From assembly GCA_973895155.1 (NCBI GenBank), contig OZ316894.1, forward strand, positions 16,600,216-16,664,215: a stretch of 64,000 nucleotides of DNA, read 5' to 3'. Positions 49,529 through 63,783 of this stretch are shown here, one piece after another (position 1 is the first letter of the stretch; the number at the start of each line of letters is the position of its first letter). The translations under genes and the position numbers were made by a program. This DNA comes from Marsupella aquatica. Taxonomy: Eukaryota > Plantae > Marchantiophyta. A model generated the notes under the pieces. That model ran no database searches. It saw nothing but the letters and a program-made list of their open reading frames with translations, and was not told the DNA's origin.

Positions 49529-52458
49529 ATGAGCTGCATCCAAGGAAGAGGATTACCACTCGTTGTCGTTAGAGATGTTTCGTTCCGTCCTTCTATGAGC
49601 GTGGCTGAGGCCTTGAATACTTATACCGAAAGGATACCTCTAGGATTCAATCAATATGTGACTAGTTTGTCGATTGGGGTTGTATTTTGTGCGGAGTGCA
49701 TGGTTATTGCAGGTTTAATGTTCCATTCCGTTATATCGAATACATTTTATGGCTTCGTTTGGATATCGAAATCGTTTGATGGTTATTCCTCCAATGCCTG
49801 ATTTGGTTGGAATCTCAATTGTCTCTCTTCACCCTCTCTGAATATGTGCCATTTTTTTGGATTATTTCGTTCAACAGGTGGAAGAGCTGGCATGGTTGGT
49901 GAGGGACAATCTACATGCCAAACACCTGGTGCTATCCGTAGAGGAGCTCTTTGTGGAGTTTTTGGAATGTCCTATGAGGTATGCTGTGACCTTCAAATGC
50001 CTGAAACCATGTCGGAATGTTGGTTTTGATGAACAGCTTCGAAGAGTTGACCAGTATGTGGATGTGCTAACAAAAAGATGCTGACAGCTGCGATTTTCGA
50101 AATTGACAATGTGGACTGTATCTGGATTTATAATGGCTAAGTCTTTCAATATTACACTGGCCGTGACTGTTGTTAAGGCAGAATTCTGCTGGAAATTGAC
50201 AAGCTAAGGTTTTCTTTCTGTATCCAGCGAGGAAGGAACATTGGCACTGGAGCATATGGAATCTTACCAACGTATGTTACTTCATCGCCTTGCAGAACTA
50301 TTCGGGTATGATCTAGTAACTGTCAGTTTGGTATCCACATAGCTACCTTCTTTGTTAGGTTGTCCTCCTATTATTTATAAATCCTTGGGCCAGTTGTTTA
50401 TTATAGGAGCAATGAAAGCCTCTTAAATTAATAATCATGAATTTCCTACTTTCGTTTATTGTTAAAATTCAATTCTTGTAATACCTTACCTTTACCTGAC
50501 TCCAATACCTTGTCCCCCCCACCTAACACTGGTTATAAGGTAAAGGAAGATCACTAGGATTGGCCGCGGTGCATGGTCGAGCACTAGAAGTTGAGCATGT
50601 GCGTTTTAGCAGAAAGTTTCAGAAGATCATCTGTACAATTGATCTCACGAAAACTCCATCTGATATTTGACACAGGTTGGCTCATGAGTCTGTTGGCGAA
50701 GGGGAAGAACGGCATCTAGTTGTTGAGAAATGCGAAGACTCCTCAATGTACTGAAGATCTTCGAATGTTTTTGTTTTGGTTGGCCTTGTCTTTCATGTGG
50801 ATGAAGTGCATTAGTCAACCGTCGTGCCAGTTTAATCAGTCCTCGTTCTAAATTCAAGAGGAGGTGACTTGAAAACCCTCATGAAGCCCAACCGTCAAAT
50901 AATTACAATGCTGACAGGACGAAGACTGGTTTTGTGGATTGATGCAGTCCAGCAGTACTTGTGAGCGACGTGTTGTTGAATGATGATCGTGATACACAAT
51001 TTCCGCTATTATCCAGACAACTATTGAAGCGCAACACAACTCCAACAGGTTTGTGAACCACTGATGCTTGATGCTGTGTAGACATTTAAGTCGTAAGGCT
51101 CATTTTGGGTCTCTAGGCGATTACTCCTGTCGTTACTGTTTTTATTTTTATCCAGAGAGGAACAACAGCGACTCACTCATACATTTTCGGCATCTCATCC
51201 TGTTGTGCGGGCCATCTGTCAGAATTTAGTGGAACGAGTGGTGAACTATGACAATATGGTGCTTGCCACACTTGATAAGTAATGTATCTTATGGTTTGGA
51301 TTGCCAATCAAAAGGATGTGACGACACTCTCTGTCGTTTGATTCGCTCAGGCTTGGACAATACTGACAAGCTATGAGTTGGACGCCTCATGTCCTGAGGG
51401 AGTCTTAAGATTTCCTGTATTTTATTTTATTGATACCACGGTCGTCAGGATTTTGCAAAGGAGGGGTAAACTTCCCAGGAGATTTGTACGAAGAATTGGA
51501 TGATTGCGCTAACAGTGGTGCGTGGGTTTCTATGGACACGTGTAGATGGGTTACAAATCACAAATGCATCAAGCACGTCTACCTTATCGTTAGGAGAGAG
51601 AGAAGCAGCCTACTTGGCTGCACGGCAGCGAATATTTTCAGCAACCTGGAAATACGAGGAGGAGACTCCTAAGTCAACAGGAATTGTGAGGCCGAGGTCT
51701 GATCCAATAGTCGCTCGGAGAATGATTGCCCATGCTCTCGGGAAAAACAGGGTGTTAGCCTTCAATAGTCCTGCCACGGACCTCACATCTCCTGAAGGCC
51801 TTCACTTGGAGCCTGTGGATGGAGGAGCATCCACAAAGAGTCGGGGCGACAGCCCAGGAAATGAAGAAACGGTTGTTTCTACTGAGCTCAAGGAATCAAT
51901 GCAGCAGTCATCAGCTAAAGCTGCAAAACGAATATTTGCCAATGCTCTCAGCTCATCATATGCTGGCTCTTCGCCCAGGGTGAATCTGCGGCATGTCTCT
52001 TGTAAGACAGGTGTGTTGCTGATCGTTTTAGTGGTTAAAACTTATTTCTTGGTTGAATTGGTCAAGCCTGCTACGAGCACCTGTGCCATTCTGAATTTCG
52101 ACTTTGACTGAAAAGTGTCTGACACTGTTATCTCTGAACAGGTACAAGCGTTGTACTTTCTGACCCTGGAGAGGACACACCTTTGGATAGCAATTTGCCG
52201 AGCAGTAAGAACGTGACGAGTATCTCACATGATCCAGATAACACAGCCCATCAGGCTCGTCCTCACAGTTCCGAAAAATCTTCAAGTCTGGAACCTCGCA
52301 AAGGAACAAGACATGCACGGCCTGGTGGTGCAGCCTGTAGGATCTTTGCCCAAGCACTTGGCCTACCCGATCCTGCCTGTGCAACCGACATCAACCGACC
52401 CAGTTCTAACCCTCAACGCAGCTCGTTTGGAAACGGATGCAAGAGCTGGGAAAGATGA
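49529..52458 (+). CDS. R3H- and SUZ-domain RNA-binding protein, ~7 coding exons (start could be the ATG at 49595)
   Basis: Approximate exons 49529-49657, 49878-49978, 50228-50305, 50676-50747, 50948-51048, 51546-52010, 52142-52458. R3H motif YQRMLLHRLAELFGLAHESVGEGEERHLVVE; SUZ motif SLGEREAAYLAARQRIF. Confidence 0.88.
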
Positions 52459-53991
52459 CTCGAATGTAAACACTTCGAGCTAAATTTTGTCTTGAGAAAT
52501 CGAATTTTTGTAATGGCTCCAAAGTCACAATCGGTCAATCTTGAGATTCTCACCTCTGCTGACCGAGGAATACATCAGGTATTTCCTGATTGGCTGCCAG
52601 GTATATGAGTACCGGTGAGGAGACGACTAGTAGGTCTCCATGAAGGTCAGATGACATCGACGAGGGAAGAAGCCGTAGTAGAACTGGCCGGGATCGATTT
52701 CTTGGTATCGTATTGCCACCAGCAAGGTTCTGGAAGTTAGCCGTTCCTGGACTTTCAATAGGACTGACTCTTTACATCAGACTGAGTCTCTTCCGAAAGT
52801 CTGTATGTGGATAGATAGATTGGAATCCAACCTCAATGTTGTGCCAGTGTACAATGCTCGGATTGTGGTCACTCCACTTGAACCTCAGCAGATCAGCAAG
52901 GTCACTGAGATGAGTTCAATTGTAGTTGTGAGCGTGTTTTCGTATAGGTTTATGCGGAGTTTCAGAGGTGGCTGTCTGTAGGGATACCTGTTACATGTAA
53001 ATAGATAAAGTGGACTTGAGGCTCACTCGACCACGACACAATTTTTGTCTGAACCGGACATTGTATAGTAGATTGTCAATGATCTAATACATAGGAAGCT
53101 CACAAATCCTTACCCGTGAAGTTTCACACATTTAGTTCAACTTTCTAGAGATGTAGAAGAAGGGATCATGATGTAATAAGTTGAATTGCCTCCTACGACG
53201 AGGTGAACATTCAGCATGACTGCTTTTGAACTGATCTGAGTGGGAAGTTGATGTGAAGTTATTCAAATGATTGGATACAATTGGACTTTGTCCAGGAGAA
53301 GTCCCGGATCAGTCTTCAAGCCAGAAATAAATTTATGAGAGATCTTTTCTTACGAGCAATTTGGAATTTGGGGGAGTGAAGAAAATTGCTTTCTAATGTC
53401 ATAAGTTCTAGTAAACGGTGGGTTTTGGAGATGGAGACATGGGAGTAATGTGCGTGCCACCAGTGGGCAGATACATTAAAGAGATTTCCACGCTGCAGCA
53501 GTGATTGACATCTGCTTTGTTCTGTACATGCTTGCGAAGGAACTACGCTCCCACAGACAATGGAGTCTGAGCTTGTGCAACACTCTAGCTATAACCACTT
53601 GGCTGAGGCCATGTGGTCAGGTCAGGTGAAGTGGCAAGGAGTAACTTGTCACCAGCATGTCTGAAATTCAATCCCCCACCGACAATCTTGACCCGACCAA
53701 GTTTCAACTTTGGGTTTTACTCCAAACCGTCTTGGATGGGTTCAATATGAATGATGGGGCACAAGTGCTTGTAGTTGTTGTGTAAATTTCTATGAAATTA
53801 CAAGAACATAGAACCAGAGTTTTTCCCTGCCTTCAATGTGGTTGCACAGCTTGCTTACGAACAATTTACTCTTGTTTTTTAGAATTATACTGGGAAACAG
53901 TAATTTATTTTTGACATCCTTATTTTGTCACTTCTAATTACCAAAATCTAAGAGAATCTAACAGTCAATATAAGTGTCCCAAAACTTCTAA

Positions 53992-54625
53992 GGGTGGCTC
54001 TACAATATGTTGGTGGCAGTTTTCACTTTTTTCTTCTCCAACATTTGATCAGGGCCATCCATGGGGGAGATACTTGCTGCAGTTGACTTTACAAAACCTT
54101 GGGGGTAGTTTCTTTCTTTACCTATACTACATGTAATGAAGTGGGGCCCCCGGTTTTGGCTTATGTGGAGCGCATTTTTGTCCCAGATTTTAGATCACCT
54201 CTCTTGGAGGTATCTTCTTGTGGCCCCTTGGTCCATACTATTGTGAGTCATTTGCATTAAAAGTGCACACACAAGTACTTTATAACATCTTCTGTTGTCA
54301 GAGCGGGAAAGACTCTATCCAGAGAGTTAGTTGACATTCAGGTGGAGTGGGTCCCAACTGGTCTTCTAGAAATTTCAATCAAGCACCATTTGCTCCACAA
54401 GACCTTGGGGGGCATTGAAGGATTCCCAAAACGCGGTTAGCCCCTGTCCACAAGAGTAAGGTGGAGAAGCCCCTGTCCACAAGGGTAAGGTGGAGACTAA
54501 CGGCTTGCATTTGAAGATACTTTATGCTAGAGTGGCTTAAAAAGACAAAAGGGGGCACTTGTGAGCTCTTTCCCCCAAAACAAACTGGAGGGCCATTTCA
54601 CACACTAAAATATAGTGTACCCAGG
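53992..54625. mobile_element. Tourist-like MITE, copy 2 (same family as 177-734), right end inverted
   Basis: TAA then GGGTGGCTCTACAATATGTTGGTGGCAG; colinear with copy 1 to ~54443; 54528-54625 matches the reverse complement of copy 1 positions ~643-737. Confidence 0.85.
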
Positions 54626-56807
54626 TTTAATCAAATCCATTGGCTAGTGATGTCTGGCAAGCCCCCTACAAGAGCAATATAAATGGTGTCTTCCTGTTAT
54701 TGCCCTTTCAGTTACTTCATTGCCCAGGGCGGCCCCAAAGTGGACAATTAAAATAACCTCTCTAAGTGCACAGTACAGGAAAAAGCCTTCTGTGTGCACT
54801 TAGTGAGGGTTGTATTACATCATAAGTGCAAACACTTGGAATTTGCATTTCTCCTATTGCAATGGGCCCACTGTTAGTCTACACTCTCATGACTTCCATC
54901 CTAAATTGTACATCCCTGCCCTAAGCATGATCCTATACCTCATAAGTGCAAACTTTACTCTACTGTAACATGACTTGCACTAATCCACAATTATGTGGAT
55001 GAAATTGTGCGGTTACCCCTAAATGTGCATAAAACCCTTCCCAGGGGTTTGCAGTTATGTACTTATCACTTAATGCACCCTTGTTTGCACTCTTAGAAAA
55101 GTGCAAATGGTCTGCAAAAAGTCAAAGAACACTACATCATGCAATTATTGCATCCCAATAATAACACATCAAAATGTGAGAACAATTGAGTGTAATGTCA
55201 CTCCATACCATGATAAACCCAATCATATCAGTTAGCTTTGATCATCATATACTACTTTAAGGTTGTGTCCCTTCATTATGGTCCTTGCCCTCTTCCTATT
55301 GTGCACGTGTGATTTGTTAGGATGCATTAGCAGTTCACTGTATTTGATTACTGTCATGGTACTATTGGGAAGTGAGTCAGCATGGTCAAATATGCAGAAT
55401 ATTTGGAGTCTGTCATGGGGTCCCACAATAATAGGTGTCTCAAAGCTAACAATTTGATGGACCTTAAGTCTCTAGTTAAAGATTATGGACACACATAATT
55501 ACAAGCTATGAAATTTATAGTCCATAACATTTTGTCATAATGATTGGTCTTATACCATTACCACCCAGCTGGGGGCAGAAGAAACCAAAAAAAAAAAATG
55601 TTCTTTAGGGCATCCATAATTTTGAAACTTTGAGACACTCTAATATACAAACAACCTGAAAGTACAATCAAGGCCACCTGTATCCCTGTATGAGGCATAT
55701 GGTCTCCAGTATGTCTCCTTGCATATGTAGGTTGACATGTGGTCGCCCCTATATCTTCTAAAACTTTAATCTTATACATATTGTCACATTTTGATATGCA
55801 ATTACCTGAACTCGCAATTATCCAGGGCCTACACTTATGGGAGAGTGTGCACTTACAGTGTCACTCTACTGTATTCGAGTGTATCTAAAACCAATCGTGC
55901 GTGACGAACGCCTCTGCTCAGGGACGGACAGGATCAGCCCGCCACCTCAGGTCGGAGTGGTGCATGCACTGTCCATGCTACAGAACATGTCCGTGTGGCC
56001 GTAGGAGTCCCCTACAGTGGCGTGATCGACGGTGATAATCTCCCTCCTCCGACACCCCTCACCCTTCCGCCGTCGATGGGAACCCCACCTTCGGCGCACT
56101 CTGTTCACCTGAGTCACTTCGCTCCTGTAGGCGGCACCTGGGAGTCGTAGAGTGGAGCCTTCACGTAGAAGGGACGCGTGAAAATGTGTGTCGATCGAAA
56201 CGACACAGGAGTTCGCTTCAATGGCGGAAGAGCAGCAAAAAGCTTCACTGGTGAAGGATGGACGGGCGATGGCCGTGAGCCAGCGATGGAGGAACGATGC
56301 TCCGCACGACACAGGATTGGTGTCCAGTCAGCGGAACAGAAAAGTGGCAGACAGCCCGTTTCTCTCGGTTAGCCGGCATCGGGGTTGGTTGTAGGTCTGC
56401 CGGGAGATAGCATGTCTTTTAGAGATTGCTACGGTGAACACTAGTGAAAAGAAAGAAACCACTCCTGGTGACTGCAATGCTCCAGGAAGGGCGAACAATC
56501 GGCGTAGCAGTTGGGGCAGCCCGATCTTTGGACGGGGCCACCACTGTGATGCGACGCGCGGTCGCCGATGGCTGTGGATTTGTACTTTGACTACATTGAG
56601 GTACTTTCTGGTCGAAGAGAATGTCCCGATATATAGTGACATCATTGCGACTAACAATGAAGAAATCAACGTTCTTCTCCTTGTCACATTCATGCACCTC
56701 GTCGAACTCACACCACTGTAAGAGAACCCACTTCTTCATCGTCCCATGCAAAGCTTCGGACATGAGACGAAAAAAGTAGGATTTCTGGGTACGAGGGAGA
56801 GCGAATT

Positions 56808-59800
56808 ATGATGGCGTGGCCGGCGGCGCTTGCAATCCAGCCGAAGATCGTCGCTAGCAGTCGCAGCAGTATGCACTTGACGACTGGAGTTGAGAGATGT
56901 TTGTCGAGCTCTGCTCTAACCAGTTTTGAGAATTGGTTTGGCTCATGGAGATCGAGTGAGTCGAATTATTGTGTCGGTAAAGTCACTTGCCGAGGTGCTC
57001 ACGGCGAATTTGTTGGAAACACGATTACGCCTTCAGTGCACACTGCCTCTTCGATTCGCCACGCAAGCCATCGGGCGAATTGTGCGTCCGTAACCTCTAG
57101 CGACTATCCGAGGACGACTCAAAATGGGACCGCAAAAGCAATTGAGGCAGACGCGGGGGACACAGGGATGAATCAGCAAATGTTCGTCAGCTGGTTTAGA
57201 AGGGCCTGGCCGTACATTCAAGGACATCGGTCCAGTGTCTTCGTGCTTGTTCTTCCGGGCGATGTTATCGCAGATAGCTCCAAGATCGATGGAGTCTTTC
57301 AGGTTCTTTTCCTCTCTGCATGCATGGATGCATGCCTTCTGGAAATGCGTGCACATTGTCTGTCCTGAAGTACCTTAGTGCCATTCATGATCTCGTTGGT
57401 ATCCACTTGAGCTGCAAAACCAACCCCTTCTCCACTAGGACATTGATCCGATGGTCGCGGTTCACACGGGGCGCCCTGGCCTGGGAGATGAGTGCTGAAT
57501 TCTAGAAAGAGTGCCCCATTGTTCAGAGCAGTTACTCGTGATCATTTTAGCAGTGTTTTGGGAGAGAGAGTAGAAAGATTGAGCCATCATCACGACAGCC
57601 AGTGTAGTATTTAACCACTCCTTCCCAATTACTGTAAGACAATGGCAATGAAGGTTGCTTGAACGGGGACATAACTGATTAGTGCAGACCTTAAGTGCCC
57701 TGTTTCGCTGTTTTATGTAACGGGTGAACTGATATCTTTCACTAATTAATTCAACTTCTCAATGATGAGTTTGTTTGGAATTCTTTCTTCGAGAACTAAT
57801 CGTGGGAAACGCACTCCAGGACCTATTGCTGTTGCACGGTTTGGGGATCAAGCTCGTTATCATTCCTGGATCCCAAGTGCAGATCGATCAACTTCTGGTA
57901 GAGAGAGGTAACTTTATGTTAGCTCTATTCCGGTGTTCAAACTTCAGTTTCGATGTAGATGATTAGTATTTACATCAACGGCATTTGTAAGCTCTAAAGT
58001 ACGTGTAACTGTCGTGTTAGAACCGGAATGTTCGTGGAGCACCTGATGACGTAGCACTTTCAAAACATGTCTAGCCTCACATGTTGATGTTTAGAGACCT
58101 AGCAACGCTACTGTTTGCTCCAAATTCACACTTAAAGCCTGGGCCACGGTCCAGTTGTCAGGGACAAGCCATTCAACTCAATTGGCGCGAGCCGGGGTGG
58201 TGGTGGCAGGTTGCAAACCATTGTATGAAGGAGCATACCGTATCACCGATGAGAACGCTTTGGCAGCATCAATGGAAGCGGCAGGGAGAATTCGTGTTGC
58301 GATAGAAGCCAAGCTTTCCCGAGGTCCGTCGATACCAATCCTTCGTCGCAATCGAGATAATCAACAATGGCATGAGGTCTCTGTAGCAAGTGGGAACTAT
58401 CTCGCCGCCAAGGTAATCTCCGTGGCACGCATGTGTGAATAAATGCAGGTTTGAAGTGTGTTTGACGGCAAGGCAAACAGTTGGTTCAATGATCACTAAT
58501 GTGATAGATCTGAGTTCAATTTTGCGGGTACAATATTGAACAGTCAGAGATCACGGCACTATTTGTTGGTCTTTGTTCAAGGTCTTCCCAAAACTTAATG
58601 ACAGGACAGTCTTGGCTACAGCCATTTTTCTACAGGGTGTGGGTCCATTTAGTATTTATCCTTGTTTGCGGGACGTCACATACCGTACCTTCTAAGCCTA
58701 TGAAAGTGATTACTGAATTTGTTCATTCTTTCTCCACCTGGGTGCAGAGGAGAGGCGTGGTAGATGGCGTAGACTTTGGTGCGACTGGAGAAGTGAAAAG
58801 AATTGACATTGCCAAGATACGGGAGAGACTTGACAAGAACTGCATCGTGATGTTGAGCAACCTTGGTTACTCGTCAAACGGGGAGGTCTTGAACTGCAAG
58901 CAAGTATCTCACACGATCTCGTCTGTTCTCGTCTCAGATTTTACTTATGTTTGAACAAGATAAATACGCCGGTGGAGATGGTTGTGCTGGTGGGTTAGCG
59001 TCCAGCTTAATCCATTTTCCATTATTCAGAGTGTCAGGTTTTGTTCTGACGAGGTCCAGAATGGTCTACGCCTTGAACACACGCTATGTCTCCACTTCTT
59101 AGGAACGTTTTACCGTGTTGGTTGCAGCACTTATGAAGTGGCAACGGCCTGTGCAATAGCACTTCAAGCAGATAAACTGGTAGTCTTGCTTGATGGGCCC
59201 ATTTTGGACGAAAATGGACGTCATCTGCGGTTCATGACTCTCAATGATGCTGATAAACTTATTCGTAAGCGAGCCAGCCAGAGTTACACAGCTGCAGACT
59301 ACGTCAAAGCTGTTGCAGGTCCAGCCTATGTCCAACGTCTGGGCATCCCCACAAGCAAAACTAATGGTACCAACGGAAAAGGCGTCCCACTGAATGGAAG
59401 GAGCCTAAATGGTGCAACACATCACCGGGAAGTTCCTGCAGAGGCTGGTTCTGTGCTTTCCGACATGCCAGGTCACCGCACAATTGGTGGGGGTTTTGCT
59501 ATCGGTGGTGAGGAGAGACTCAGTAGGACATACGGTTACCTATCTGAACTCACTGCTGCCGTGTATGTTTGTCGAGTAAGTGTCTGCAGCCAAATAGTTT
59601 CGTTGTATTTTGTTTGAACAAGTTTGCTGATCGCCATTGGTCCTCTCTAAGTTCTGCTGCTATCTGATAGGTGCCCAGCACTACAGAAGTTGGAACGTTG
59701 TACACCAATCTCGCTTTAATTGCATTCTCGTCTGCTCAGCGTCTCTTTTTATTGACAGTTGACAATGCTGTCATGATTTTACTCAGAATGGAGTTGGGAG

Positions 59801-61695
59801 GGTACAACTACTTGATAGTAACATTCAAGGAGCTCTTCTGTTGGAACTGTATACTCGGGATGGAGTGGGGACTATGGTATCGAGGTGGTCACCTGCTCCT
59901 TTTCTTTGAAGAGTTGTGATTTCATTTTATCCTTTCCTGGATATCGGTACATGCACTGAAAAGATGAGATGACTAGTAGAATTACCCGGTGATGAAGTGA
60001 ACTTTTTGCGTGTTGGAAACATGTGAACGATTTTATTTTTTAAATCTCATGCTTTGGATTCGGTCCTTTCAAATTCTTATCCGTCATACTACAAGTTCAA
60101 TAGCATTATCTAGCACTACGGAGGTTCAGAGCTTTGGTACAAAGTAGTGAGATCGGATAGCTGCAATTTGGCTTTTTTGGTTCTTTCTATGTTATTTCCA
60201 TCTTTTATGAGTCTGAGGTATGAATCATCTGAGCAAAATGTGATGTGTTCGTTGCTGACATGCTGGTAACAGTGACTATTATGAAGGCACACGTCCAGCA
60301 ACTCGTGCTGACGTACAGAGTATAATGCACCTACTGCGGCCCTTGGAAGAAAGTGGGATACTAGTGAATCGCCCTCGGAAGCAGGTCATCCTTACTTTCT
60401 TCTGTGTCGCTAATGTAAAGGAATTGTGGAACTCAATGCCATCAAAATACCCTGCGCAACTACTGAAGTTAATTGTAACAACGTTTAGTTCCATTAAAAG
60501 GGGATCTTTATGTATACGAAAGATGCAAGTTACTGGGTGCCATGATTGTCTTGAGTGGCGACCTTCTGAAAACTTTTGATTGGCTCACTTCAGTACACCT
60601 ATCATCATTAGCTGACTTTGGTGCTGAGCATTTTTGGATATTGAAACTGAAACTGCATCTTGCTCGGATTGGTTGGCGTAGCTTGAAAAGGAAGTAAAGA
60701 ATTACTTGGTGGTGGAGAGGGATGGGTCTATCATAGCATGCGCTGCACTGTTTCCCTATCCTGACGAGAAATGCGGAGAAGTAGCTGCTTTTGCTGTTTC
60801 AACGGAGTGCCAAGGGATGGGATTAGGGAACACACTTTTAGGTCTGATTCTTCACTATACTGGCACAACATCACCAGTGTTGCTTTGCGGAAACCATGAT
60901 TGTTTTGCACCTCGTGTGGTAGCAATTTTCGAGATGTTGCTGTACACACACCATCTCTTGTAAGCTCTATACGGCTGAGGGAATTCCCCCGCAATGGTAG
61001 ATTTTGAAGGCCCCAGCAATTCTATACAAGAGCCCAGGTTGTCTGGCTCCCGCTGGAATTGGGTGGCCGGAGTCGATGCTTCATTTGACATACTTCTTTT
61101 CTTTGTGTTCCTTTCTGCTATATATGTAAAAGTCCATGGTATATCTTTTGATGTAGCAGGTGTTAAATACCTCTTTGATGCTCTTGATCTTAGAGACATC
61201 TCTTATGAAGTTGACTATTTTGAAGCAGATTTTATAGAGAAGAAGGCTGAAGAGTTGAAATTGGAGAAGCTCTTCCTTTTAACGACTCGTACAGCAGACT
61301 GGTATGGTTTGGCAACTGTTTTTCTTGGCAAACTCGAACTTTTGCAAGATTTTTCCATTTGACAATGACCCTTCCCTCCAAGCAGTCATAGAAGGCTAAG
61401 CGGATAGCTTATGTCCTAGGGTATTCACTTTGATATGCTACGAAGCTACCTATTTGGGACCACTCCAGTAGTCCCTGTCATCGACGTTAGCACGCTCTTC
61501 CCTTCGCTGTTGGAATCTTTGTTAATGGATTGATAAAGAAAAGGGTGGTGCAGGTTTTTACAGCGTGGGTTCTTCGAGTGTACGGTAGAGTGGATACCTG
61601 AAAAGCGGAAGGAAAGGATTAACTTTGCCAGAGGATCAAAATACTATGCAAAACATCTCAACCAGCACGTTGGTTACAAGGCTTTAGAGAGATAG
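56808..61695 (+). CDS. NAGS: Plastid N-acetylglutamate synthase (ArgA-type: amino-acid kinase plus GNAT domains), ~10 exons
   Basis: [25 protein letters not shown]|[68 protein letters not shown]|FLQRGF and [10 protein letters not shown]; stop TAG at 61693-61695. Confidence 0.93.
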
Positions 61696-62186
61696 TGAAC
61701 ATGCTATAGTATGTCCAATCTCAACCGCAACATGTAACAAGGCAGGTAAGAACGATGGGATTTGGAAGGAAAAACGTTTGCTTTACTAGATGCGGTTGTT
61801 CTGTGGTTTAAGCTTTGGTAATAGTTGTGAGAGCTATCCAGACGATTACAATCCGCTATTGTTTGTGCAGACCCTTAACTGTGGCAAGCTCTTGCAGGAA
61901 ATTGCAACTCCCGGGTTTGTCTCCACATGACACCTTGCTGCAGTCAACAGGACGAGGAGAGGCATGAAGGACTGACTATTAATGCATGTTTAATAAGAAA
62001 TGGGTATTTTTAAATGTGCCTTGGAAGGTTTCACAGTCCAAGCTGAGAGCCCATGTGATTGAAATCAGGAAGTCCTGAGCAAATTTTTTTAACTTCGCCA
62101 GAGGTTCAAAATATATAAGATAAGCGATGTATACTAAGCTGCAATTTACGGTAATAGTTCGCTGTTGTTATAGCACAGATTACCAG

Positions 62187-62303
62187 AGGTTGCATTACCA
62201 GAGGTAGATTGATACGTAGAAAATAAAACAGGTTGACAGTTCCCAGGTTGCATTACCAGAGGTAGATTTATACCAAGAAAATAAACAAGGTGACAGTTCC
62301 CAG
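62187..62303. repeat. ~58-bp tandem duplication
   Basis: AGGTTGCATTACCAGAGGTAGATT...AGAAAATAAA...TGACAGTTCCCAG occurs twice. Confidence 0.8.
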
Positions 62304-63783
62304 AAGCAGAAGGTGTAATGAGGCTGTCCCCTGAGACTTCGTCAGCTCTGAGTTACAGGTTGAGACGATAGCTGAGAATTACCTGTCCAGCTGTTACGTC
62401 TTCTCCAAGGTCACGACAAGGCGAACGTGATGTGGTCAAGAGTGAAGCCCAATAAACCACTTTTTGCAGGATTCGTCTAATGTTTTGGAAGGACTTTATG
62501 TCCAACGAGTATCTTCATGTGAAACCTGTTATCTTTGTAATTTTCATTTCGCTGCGCACAATCAAAAAAAACATCATGCCTTCATTTATATTGGGTTGAA
62601 GCTGGAATGTTCGTGTTTTTTTTAATTTAAAAAAATTCCAGGTTACTGTGTGCAAACCCTGCAGATGGGGAGAACCAGCAGGCCAGAGAGGCATGTCACA
62701 GGAAAAGACCGGCAAGGCTACAAAGAAAGGCCAGTGACCTCTGATAAACCGAGCAGAACCGCCAACACAGTCAATGTCAAAATATATCTGACATCACTCA
62801 CCAATCAACCATAAGTCCTCACCTGTCAATAAAGTGCCCACTCTTCACAACTATAAATCCTCACCCTCCAACAAAGTGCTCACTCTATACAGTAGCCTTC
62901 TTCACATAAAACAGGGTCCAACCTAGCTAATGTTGTCAACTAGCGCTGCTAGGTAGTTGGACACTTGCACAAGGAAACATACATGTCAAGATCATCAAAT
63001 ACTCTATTCCAATCATATGAAGCATGTGATGCCAGTGGCTCAGCAAAACAGAACAAAGGCGAGTCAGTCATGACGACAGCATGACTGAAGGATTGACAAA
63101 GTGTTGACAGATAAATAGTGGGAAACTTTGCCTGATGGGAACAGTATATAACTTGCACAGGTTCCAAAAGATGTTGCACATTTTTGGAGATGGAGACAGG
63201 AAGACAATCGAGGTACAAATTATGCATACGGGACGTTTCCAAGGTATTCCAAATCGAGTAGGCACAGACAATGTGGGCTGCAGCAAGGTCTGGACTATTG
63301 GGCTCCAATTGCTGCCAAGTACTTTTAACTAAAACTGGATATTGAATCCCATATTTGTTTTGTAGCTTGAGACTGAAAAACTATCCACCCATCACGTACA
63401 AGGCTACATCTACTTTGGCTACCCTATACTACTTTGGTGTAAAGTAGTATAGGGTAGCCAGGGATCCACAAGAAGGGACCCTACCAATAGTTTAACAGGT
63501 CCTCAAGTGGGTAAACAATGGGCCAAGGCAGCCATTTTTTAATCTTATTTGCGGAAAGGAGTGGGAGTCGCAACTTCACCCCTTCCCTGGAAATCTTTCC
63601 GTATACATGTAATCCTTTTGATTCCCCTACATTTAAGGAGAACCGCTAGATTTGACAACTAACCCTTTTAGCCAGATAAGGATTTTGGCAAATGGATGAA
63701 GTAGTCTCAGTTTTCTTCTTTTGCTTTTACTCCATTCTACTTTGTTTGGCCCCATTTTTCTAACTTTGTACTTTTTTCCTTTT

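Noticed and set aside
2758-61695. Functional gene cluster (three plastid-targeted and two RNA-binding genes)
   Set aside because: The genes act in unrelated pathways; the co-occurrence is compatible with chance in a gene-dense plant genome.
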